Positions 18,112 to 26,122 of a DNA stretch of 39,851 nucleotides are shown here, piece after piece. How positions within the stretch are numbered: the stretch's first letter is position 1; the number at the start of each line of letters is the position of its first letter. The DNA is from an uncultured Clostridia bacterium (GTDB lineage Bacteria > Bacillota > Clostridia > TANB77 > CAG-508), in contig CALWZX010000002.1 in assembly GCA_944386125.1 (NCBI GenBank), positions 1-39,851 on the forward strand, read 5' to 3'. The notes under the pieces are model-generated. The model worked only from the letters and a program-made list of their open reading frames with translations. It was not told where the DNA came from and ran no database searches. The translations under genes were made by a program, and so were the position numbers.

Positions 18112-20409
18112 ATGAAAGTAGATTTTATAACAAGACATGCGATACCAAATTATGGTTCTATTTTGCAAACTTATGCAACACAAAAAGTATTAGAAAAATT
18201 AGGATGTGACTCAGAAGTAATTAATTATATACAACTAGAAGAAACAGGAGGAAAAACAATTGCTACTAATTGTCATATAGAAAATAAAGGATGGAAAGCA
18301 AAACTAAAAAGAATAGCTTATTTAATTGTTCAACAGCCTAATGTTACTCATATGCACAAAACATTTGCAAAATTTAGAAAAAAATATTTAAAACAAACAG
18401 TAAAAGAGTATCATTCTTTAGAAGAATTAAAGCAAGATTTACCAAAAGCTGACGTATATTGCACAGGAAGTGACCAAGTTTGGGCAAAAATTGGAGCAAA
18501 AAATTATGATGAGGCTTACTTTTTGGAATTTGTACCAGAGGAAAAAAGATGTATTTCCTATGCAGCAAGTTTTGGAAAAAGTAAGATTGACGAAGAATTA
18601 GAAAAAAAGTTACCACAATTTTTAAAAAAATATGAAACAATTTTAGTAAGAGAAAATACCGCAGAAGAAATCATACAAAAACAAGGTTTTCAGAATGTAA
18701 AACAGGTCTTAGATCCTACTTTATTATTAAATCAAGAAGAGTGGAGTAAACTTGCTGAAAAAAATAAGTTAGAAAATAAAGAATATATTTTAGTATATCA
18801 GTTGCACCATAATAAACAAATGGAAGATTATCTAAGAAAATTAAAAAAGCATACAAATCTTCCTATATATAGAATTCATCCTTCTTTATATTATGGAATA
18901 AAACCAGGAAAATTTTTATATTTACCAACACCAGGACAGTATATTAGCTATATACAAAATGCAAAATATATTGTAACAGATTCTTTTCATGGTACAGTAT
19001 TTTCTTTAATCTTTGGTAAAAATTTTGTAGATATTTTGCCAGGAGAAACTTCAACAAGAATTGAAAGCATTTTAAAATTAGTAGGACAAGAAGAGAGAAT
19101 TATCAAAGACTTTAACAATTTTGATTGGCTTAATCAAAATATAGATTATGAAAAAATTACACCAATTTTAGAAAAAGAAAGACAAATATCATTACAAGAT
19201 TTCAAACAGGCTCTTATGAAAGGTTGTAAAGAAAATGTTCAAAATTGTATGGCGCAAGAAAAAGTGTGTACTGGATGCCGTGCATGTGAACAACTATGCC
19301 CAAAACATGCTATTACTATGGAGGAAAATGAAGAAGGTTTTTTAATGCCTCATGTAAATGAAGAGCTATGCATAGATTGTAAGCTATGTGTGCAAAGATG
19401 CCCACAATTAAAAAAAAGAGAAGAAATAACTACTAAGCAAGAATGTTATGCAGCAAAAATAAAAAATGAAGAAATTTTAATGAAAAGTTCTTCAGGAGGA
19501 ATTTTTTCAGCATTGGCAAATTACGTTTTAGAAAAAAAGGGAAAAGTGTATGGAGCAACATTTACAAAAGATTTGACTGTAGAACATATAGCAATAGAAA
19601 GCAAAGAGCAACTAGCATTATTAAGAGGTTCTAAATATGTGCAAAGTAATACAAAAAATACCTTTCAAGAAGTAAAACAAGATTTAACAGAAGGAAAAAT
19701 GGTATTATATTCAGGAACACCTTGTCAAATTGCAGGTTTGCAACAATATTTAGGAAAAGAAGAATCAAATTTATTGACAGTAGATATTGTATGCCATGGA
19801 GTTCCTAGTCCACAGCTATTTAAGAAATATAAAGAATACTTAGAAGAAAAAGAACAAGCTAAAATAGAGGAGTTTTCATTTAGAGATAAAGAAAAAGGAT
19901 GGGGGAAATATTTAAAAATTAGGTTTGACAATGGAAAAGAGATACATCAGTTTTGTGATTTAGATCCATATTATCAGTCTTTTATGAGTGGAGACTTAGC
20001 AAGAAAAGTATGCTATGAATGTATGTATGCCAATACGAATCGAGTCAGTGATATTACTATAGCTGACTACTGGGGAATAGAAATAGAACATCCAGAATGG
20101 AATACAAAACAAGGAGTATCAGCAGTTATTGTTAATACTACAAAAGGAAAACAAATGTGGGAAAAAATAAAAGAAAATGTAGAATATATTCCTTCAACTA
20201 TAGAAAAAATAAAAAAACATAATGAAAATTTGAACCATCCAACAAAAAAGAAAAAAATACGAGAACATATATATGATGGGCTAAAAAATAAAGATTTTCA
20301 AACATTTGCTAAGGAAAATCTACACTTTAAAAAAACAATAAAAGCACGAGTAAAAAATTATATTTCAGAAGATGCCATTAGAAAAGTAAAAATGAGAATT
20401 AAAAAATAG
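18112..20409 (+). CDS. Fusion protein: polysaccharide pyruvyl transferase (PF04230-like) + 2x[4Fe-4S] ferredoxin + FrhB/FdhB-like (coenzyme F420 hydrogenase beta-type) domain
   Basis: N-terminal half has TGSDQVW, ISYAASFG, VLDPTLLL and TDSFHGTVFSLIF. The middle has CTGCRACEQLCP and CIDCKLCVQRCP. C-terminal half has MKSSSGGIF, GTPCQIAGL, VCHGVPSP, FRDKEKGWG and ITIADYWG. Confidence 0.8.
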   Translation: MKVDFITRHAIPNYGSILQTYATQKVLEKLGCDSEVINYIQLEETGGKTIATNCHIENKGWKAKLKRIAYLIVQQPNVTHMHKTFAKFRKKYLKQTVKEYHSLEELKQDLPKADVYCTGSDQVWAKIGAKNYDEAYFLEFVPEEKRCISYAASFGKSKIDEELEKKLPQFLKKYETILVRENTAEEIIQKQGFQNVKQVLDPTLLLNQEEWSKLAEKNKLENKEYILVYQLHHNKQMEDYLRKLKKHTNLPIYRIHPSLYYGIKPGKFLYLPTPGQYISYIQNAKYIVTDSFHGTVFSLIFGKNFVDILPGETSTRIESILKLVGQEERIIKDFNNFDWLNQNIDYEKITPILEKERQISLQDFKQALMKGCKENVQNCMAQEKVCTGCRACEQLCPKHAITMEENEEGFLMPHVNEELCIDCKLCVQRCPQLKKREEITTKQECYAAKIKNEEILMKSSSGGIFSALANYVLEKKGKVYGATFTKDLTVEHIAIESKEQLALLRGSKYVQSNTKNTFQEVKQDLTEGKMVLYSGTPCQIAGLQQYLGKEESNLLTVDIVCHGVPSPQLFKKYKEYLEEKEQAKIEEFSFRDKEKGWGKYLKIRFDNGKEIHQFCDLDPYYQSFMSGDLARKVCYECMYANTNRVSDITIADYWGIEIEHPEWNTKQGVSAVIVNTTKGKQMWEKIKENVEYIPSTIEKIKKHNENLNHPTKKKKIREHIYDGLKNKDFQTFAKENLHFKKTIKARVKNYISEDAIRKVKMRIKK

Positions 20410-20423
20410 GAGAAGATTAATTC

Positions 20424-21389
20424 ATGAGATTAAGTATTATTATACCAGCATATAACGTAGAAATATATTTAAAAAAATGTATAGATAGTATCTTACCGCA
20501 AATAGGAGAAGAAGATGAAATTATTTTAGTAAATCCTGCATCTACAGATAAAACACAACAAATTTTAGAAGAATATGCTAAACAAAATTCCCATATTCAT
20601 TATTATACAATTGAAAGAGCAGGTCCATCTAAAACAAGAAATATAGGAATTCAAAAAGCAAAAGGAAAATATATATTATTTTTAGATGCTGATGATTATA
20701 TTGAAGAAAATTATATTGAAAGAATGCTAGAAGAGAGAAAAGATCATGAATTAGTGATATGCAGTTATCGTATGATTCAAGAAGAAACAGGAGAAACACA
20801 AATCAAACAATATAGTCAAAAAAAAGAAGAAATATCTTTTGATAAGATTCCTGTTTTATATGAAAAAGAATTACTCAATCTAGTTTGGAACAAAATATAT
20901 GAAACATCTATCATTCAAGAAAATCATATTACGTTTAATGAAAAATATACCAAAGGAGAAGACTTACTATTTAATTTAGCCTATATACAAAAAGTAAATA
21001 GTATAAAAGTAATTCCAGATATCTTATATAATTATATAAGAAAAAAAACAGGAGTAAGTAGGTCGTATATAGAACCAATTGAAAATAGAATAGAACGAAC
21101 TAAAATGATTTATGAAGAAATGATAAAAGCAAGTAGAGATGAAAATGTATCGCAAATTAAGAAAACTGTGATTAATCTATACTTTCATCATTTAAGAAAT
21201 TATATAAAAGAGCAAAAAATATATGCACCATGGAAAATAACAAGAACATTTAGAGAGAAAATAAAAATTGATTATTTATTACAAGATAATTTAGACGAAA
21301 GTTTGCAAAAAATAAAAAAATTATATGAGAAAAAGCACATAGTAATGATGTGCATAAAAAATAAAATGATATTAAGAAAGGAAAAATAA
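20424..21389 (+). CDS. Family 2 glycosyltransferase
   Basis: LSIIIPAYNVEIYLKKCIDSIL and GKYILFLDADDYI (DxD). Confidence 0.85.
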   Translation: MRLSIIIPAYNVEIYLKKCIDSILPQIGEEDEIILVNPASTDKTQQILEEYAKQNSHIHYYTIERAGPSKTRNIGIQKAKGKYILFLDADDYIEENYIERMLEERKDHELVICSYRMIQEETGETQIKQYSQKKEEISFDKIPVLYEKELLNLVWNKIYETSIIQENHITFNEKYTKGEDLLFNLAYIQKVNSIKVIPDILYNYIRKKTGVSRSYIEPIENRIERTKMIYEEMIKASRDENVSQIKKTVINLYFHHLRNYIKEQKIYAPWKITRTFREKIKIDYLLQDNLDESLQKIKKLYEKKHIVMMCIKNKMILRKEK

Positions 21390-22421
21390 TGAAAGTTTTT
21401 GTCAACGCTTATTTAGAACAAAATTTAGGGGACGATTTATTTTTCTATATATTAAAAAATAGGTATCCACAGCATAATTTTTATGTGTTATCTACTTTTT
21501 GGAATGATGAAAATAATGTAAAAGTTTATCGTAATCATTTTTTTAATAAAATAATTAAAAAATTACAAATGAAAAGTATTATTGCTAATCGTTGTGATAT
21601 AAGTATTTCCTTAGGAGGAAGTATATATATCGAAAATAAAAATGATAAAAATAGAAAATTTTCATTAGGGAAAAATCCATATTATGTTGTAGGAAGTAAT
21701 TTCGGACCGTATCTTACACAAGAATTTTATCAAAAAGCATATGAGTTTTTTAAACGGAGCAGAAGATGTATGTTTTAGAGACAAGTATTCCTATGAATTA
21801 TTTTCTACTATTCCTCAAGTTCGTTATGCGACAGACTTGGTATTTAATTTAGATACTTCTCAAATACAGTTAACGAATAGAAAAAGAGTTGTATTTTCCA
21901 TTATAGACTGTAATGAAAAAATGAATCAAAAATATACGAAAGCATATGAACAGAAAATGATAGAGATGACAAAATTTGCACTTAGTCAAGGATATGAAGT
22001 TTGTTATATGTCTTTTTGCAGAATAGAAAAAGATGAAGAAGCGATAGAGCGTATTATAGGGCAATGTGATGAGCAGTTACGAAAACAAATTCAAACATAT
22101 TATTATAGAGGAAATATACAAGAGGCACTACAAATATTAGCTGATTGTCAGGCTATTGTAGGAGCAAGGTTTCATTCTAATATATTAGGTTTACTTTTTC
22201 AGAAGACAATTATACCTGTGATATATAGTGACAAAACAAAAAAAGTATTAGAAGATATTTCATTTCAAGGGAAAATGGTAGATATTGAAAATATTAGCGA
22301 CTTACAAATGGAAAAAATATGGAACAAAGAAAACTTAAATTATCAATTAGATATCACAGACATCAAAGAAAATGCTAAAAAACAATTTGAGGGATTGGAT
22401 AAAATATTAAAGAAAGGATAA
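21389..22421 (+). pseudogene. Polysaccharide pyruvyl transferase family protein (CsaB/WcaK-like) split by a +1 frameshift at a T6 run (track ORFs 21389-21778 and 21741-22421)
   Basis: The N-terminal ORF has NLGDDLF and GGSIY. The second ORF continues with DVCFRDKYSYE...GARFHSNILG. The frame switch sits at GAGTTTTTTAAACGG, with the T-run at 21746-21751. Confidence 0.7.
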
Positions 22422-22424
22422 AAA

Positions 22425-23834
22425 ATGAATAAGGAAAAACAACTATTAAAAAACACGGCCATTATTTCTATAGGAAAAATATGTACTCAAGTTATTACTT
22501 TTTTCTTATTACCACTATATACCGCAGTATTAACTACTGAGGAATATGGAATTGTAGATATTTTAAATACTTTAGTTAGTCTTTTAATTCCTATTGTTAC
22601 TTTACAAATAGAACAAGCAACTTTTCGATTTTTATTAGATGCAAAAAATGAAGAAAATGAACAAAAAAGTATTATTACCTCTGTAGTTTTTTTTAGTATT
22701 TTACAAATTGTTATCTATTTAATCTTATTTGCTATTATTAGTCCATGGATAAATAATGTTTATAAATATTTTTTAGTAGCTAATTTAGTAGTAACTGTAT
22801 TTTCATCTATATTTTTACAAATCAGTAGAGGACTACGTGATAATGTTACGTATACCATCGGAAGCTTTCTTTCAGGTTTTTTCACCGTTATCTTAAATGT
22901 TATTTTAATTGTTGTATTCAAAATGGGAGCTTATGGAATCTTAATAGCAACATTTATTGGAAATTTGATTTGTGTAATATATATCATTTTGAAAAAGAAA
23001 GTTTACCAGTATATAAAGGTTTCTTATTTTGATAAAAACTTGCTAAAAAAATTGTTAAAATATTCTATACCATTAGTACCAAACATGATATCGTGGTGGG
23101 TAGTTAATGCTTCAGATAGAACAATTGTTACAGCAATATTAGGCGTTGCAACTAATGGAATTTATTCAGCGGCTAATAAATTTTCAGGAGTATTCTTTGC
23201 TTTAAATGGTATTTTTAATATTACGTGGACAGAATCAGCAGTAGTAAATATAGAGGAAAAAGATAAAGATGCTTATTTTAGTAAAATATTTTCAGTAACA
23301 ATTCGTGTATTTGGTTCTTTATGTTTAGGTGTTATAGCATTAATGCCATTTGTCTTTCCAATATTGATCAATGAAAAATTTGGAGATGCATATTATCAAA
23401 TACCAATTTTAATGGTAGGCATTATGTTTAATATATTAGTTAGCTTTCTAGGTTCTATCTATGTGGCAAAAAAATTAACAAAAGAAATTTCTAAAACATC
23501 TATATTAGCAGCACTGATTAATATTGTAGTTAATTTGATGTTAATACAGTTTATAGGATTATATGCAGCATCATTATCAACTGCTATAGCATATTTTTCT
23601 ATGTTTTTATATCGATATATAGATTCTAGAAAATATGTTGAAATAAAAATCGATTCTACCTTTGTTGTTTCTATTATTGCAGTATATGCAATTACAATTT
23701 TTACATATTATATTAGAAATTTAGCACTTTCAGGAATTATTGCAATGGGAGTTATATTATATGCAATATATATTAATAGAAACAGTGCCAAATTTATCAT
23801 AGATATGGTAAAGAAAAAATTTATAAAAAAATAG
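22425..23834 (+). CDS. wzx: Oligosaccharide flippase (Wzx, MOP superfamily)
   Basis: 469 aa, about 12-14 TM segments, N-terminal LLKNTAIISIGKICTQVITFFLLPLYT typical of the Polysacc_synt family. Confidence 0.8.
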   Translation: MNKEKQLLKNTAIISIGKICTQVITFFLLPLYTAVLTTEEYGIVDILNTLVSLLIPIVTLQIEQATFRFLLDAKNEENEQKSIITSVVFFSILQIVIYLILFAIISPWINNVYKYFLVANLVVTVFSSIFLQISRGLRDNVTYTIGSFLSGFFTVILNVILIVVFKMGAYGILIATFIGNLICVIYIILKKKVYQYIKVSYFDKNLLKKLLKYSIPLVPNMISWWVVNASDRTIVTAILGVATNGIYSAANKFSGVFFALNGIFNITWTESAVVNIEEKDKDAYFSKIFSVTIRVFGSLCLGVIALMPFVFPILINEKFGDAYYQIPILMVGIMFNILVSFLGSIYVAKKLTKEISKTSILAALINIVVNLMLIQFIGLYAASLSTAIAYFSMFLYRYIDSRKYVEIKIDSTFVVSIIAVYAITIFTYYIRNLALSGIIAMGVILYAIYINRNSAKFIIDMVKKKFIKK

Positions 23835-23850
23835 TAGGAGAATGAATAAT

Positions 23851-24927
23851 ATGAAAAAAGTTGGAATTGTAACAATTTATGATACAAATAATTATGGAAA
23901 TCGTTTACAAAATTATGCTATGCAAGAAGTTTTAAGCAAGATGGGTGTAGAGGTAGAAACACTAAGAAATTATGCTAATACTAATAAGGAAGATAATAGA
24001 ATAATTCATACTCTAAAAAGAATAAAAAACGGATTACAACGAGTAAAGAAAATAGGCAATAAGAGGGCAAAATGTTTTCAGGAGTTTGACAGAAATATTG
24101 AGTTTGCTTCAAAAGAATTAAGATGGGATAATGCTGGGCAATTTGTCAAAAACTATGATTATTTTGTAACAGGTAGTGATCAAGTATGGAATCCTTATTT
24201 TGATAGATTATCTAAAATAGAATTATTAGAATTTGCACCACCAGAGAAAAGAATTAGTATTGCAGCAAGTTTTGGCGTAGAAAAATTAGAAGCTAAGTAT
24301 GAAAAAGAATGTCAAAAAGCTTTAAATGAATTTCATGCAATATCTGTACGAGAACAGCAAGGAAAGCAAATTATACAGCAAATGGAAGGAATATCTAAGG
24401 AAAAAGAAATAGAAGTTGTTTTGGATCCTACTATGATGCTTACAGAAAAGCAATGGGAAAAGGTAATGAAAAAGCCAAAGGATATGCCACAAGGAAAATA
24501 CATTCTTAATTATTTTTTAGGAGAACTAGAAGAAGAAACAAAACAATATATAGAAAAAATGGCAAAAGAAAATAATTGCCAGATCATTCAATTATTAGAT
24601 TTGAAAGAAAAGTTACATAATACAGGACCAAGTGAGTTTTTATATTTGATACAACATGCTTTTTTAATATGTACTGATTCTTTCCATTCCTGTGTATTTT
24701 CTATTCTTTTTCAAAAACCTTTTATTATAGTAGAAAGAAAATCTAAGAAAAATATGAATTCTAGAATTGATACATTGCTCGATACTTTTAGCTTACAAGA
24801 TAGAAAATTAAAGACAAATGATATACAAGATATGAAAAGTATAGATTATCAAAAAGTATTTGAAGTATTAGAAAAAGAAAAAATGAAAGAAACAGAATGG
24901 ATAAAGAAAGCACTAAATATAAAATAA
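23851..24927 (+). CDS. Polysaccharide pyruvyl transferase family protein (stand-alone)
   Basis: VGIVTIYDTNNYGNRLQNYA, TGSDQVWNP, ISIAASFG, VLDPTMML, TDSFHSCVFSILF. ATG 23851 sits 9 nt after AGGAGA; the track's ATG 23842 abuts the RBS. Confidence 0.8.
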   Translation: MKKVGIVTIYDTNNYGNRLQNYAMQEVLSKMGVEVETLRNYANTNKEDNRIIHTLKRIKNGLQRVKKIGNKRAKCFQEFDRNIEFASKELRWDNAGQFVKNYDYFVTGSDQVWNPYFDRLSKIELLEFAPPEKRISIAASFGVEKLEAKYEKECQKALNEFHAISVREQQGKQIIQQMEGISKEKEIEVVLDPTMMLTEKQWEKVMKKPKDMPQGKYILNYFLGELEEETKQYIEKMAKENNCQIIQLLDLKEKLHNTGPSEFLYLIQHAFLICTDSFHSCVFSILFQKPFIIVERKSKKNMNSRIDTLLDTFSLQDRKLKTNDIQDMKSIDYQKVFEVLEKEKMKETEWIKKALNIK

Positions 24928-24939
24928 GGAAGAAAAAAT

Positions 24940-26103
24940 ATGGAAATAGAAGAATTAAAAAAAGAACAATGCTATGGGTGTAGTGCATGTATGAATATAT
25001 GCCCTAAAAAAGCAATATCCATGAAGCAAGATGAAAAAGGATTTTACTATCCTCATATTGACCAAAATTTATGTATACATTGTGGGTTATGTACAAAAGC
25101 ATGCCCATCTATACAACGAGCAAATAAGAATGAGAAGTTAATAAGATCTTATGCTTGTAAAAATAAAAAGGATGACATTCGTATGAAAAGCTCTTCGGGA
25201 GGAATTTTTACATTACTTGCACAATATGTTTTGAAGCAAAAAGGAATTGTATTTGGAGCTAGATGGAATAAAAATTTTATGGTAGAACATAGTTTTATTG
25301 AAAAAGAAGAAGATATTACACTTTTTAGAGGTTCCAAGTACTTACAAAGTAATATAAAAAAAAGTTATAAGCAAGTAAAAATATTTTTAGAGAAAGGAAA
25401 AATAGTACTATTTACAGGAACACCTTGTCAGATAGCAGGTTTGAAAACTTTTTTAGGCAAAGAATATGAGAATTTATATACACAAGATTTTATTTGCCAT
25501 GGAGTGCCATCACCAAAATTTTGGAAAAAATATTTAACATACAAAACACCAAATGATGCAGAAATTACAAATATTAACTTTAGGGATAAAGAAAAATATG
25601 ATTGGGATAATTTTAGTTTAGCTATAGACTTTAACAACAAAAAGCGATATAATAGGATCAATACAAAAGACTTCTTTATGCAAGTATTTTTGTCAGATAT
25701 TTGCTTAAGAGATTCTTGCTATGCATGTCCATATAAAAATCACAAAACTTTGGCAGATATTACTCTTGCAGATTTATGGGGAGCAAAAGAAATAATACCT
25801 AGTATGTATGATAACAAGGGAGTTTCTTTGGCTATCTGCTATACGAAGAAAGGACAAGAACTAATGGATGCTATTAATCCATATATAGAAAAACAAGAAA
25901 TCTCTTTAGAAAAAGTAGGAAAATATAATAAAAGTTTATTAAAACCAGCAGTTAAACCAGAAAATAGGGAACAATTTTTTATAGATTTAGAAAAGCAAGA
26001 TTTTAAAAGGATTATCAAGACTTATAAGAAACGTTTTATAGGAATAAAACGATTTTATAGGAAGTGTAAAGGAGGGGTGAAAAAACTAATTCTATTTCGT
26101 TAA
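24940..26103 (+). CDS. FrhB/FdhB-like Fe-S flavoprotein with an N-terminal 2x[4Fe-4S] ferredoxin domain (annotated-type: coenzyme F420 hydrogenase/dehydrogenase beta subunit)
   Basis: CYGCSACMNICP, CIHCGLCTKACP, MKSSSGGIF, GTPCQIAGL, ICHGVPSP, FRDKEKYDW, ITLADLWG. It is collinear with the C-terminal half of the 18112 ORF. Confidence 0.75.
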   Translation: MEIEELKKEQCYGCSACMNICPKKAISMKQDEKGFYYPHIDQNLCIHCGLCTKACPSIQRANKNEKLIRSYACKNKKDDIRMKSSSGGIFTLLAQYVLKQKGIVFGARWNKNFMVEHSFIEKEEDITLFRGSKYLQSNIKKSYKQVKIFLEKGKIVLFTGTPCQIAGLKTFLGKEYENLYTQDFICHGVPSPKFWKKYLTYKTPNDAEITNINFRDKEKYDWDNFSLAIDFNNKKRYNRINTKDFFMQVFLSDICLRDSCYACPYKNHKTLADITLADLWGAKEIIPSMYDNKGVSLAICYTKKGQELMDAINPYIEKQEISLEKVGKYNKSLLKPAVKPENREQFFIDLEKQDFKRIIKTYKKRFIGIKRFYRKCKGGVKKLILFR

Positions 26104-26122
26104 ATAAAGAGGGGGATTTATT

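Noticed and set aside
18112-26103. FrhB-like genes as evidence of F420-dependent or methanogen-type metabolism, or of archaeal horizontal transfer
   Set aside because: Codon usage and AT content look the same as the neighbouring genes. The domains sit inside a polysaccharide operon, with no F420 biosynthesis genes in view. A flavin/Fe-S tailoring role is more plausible.
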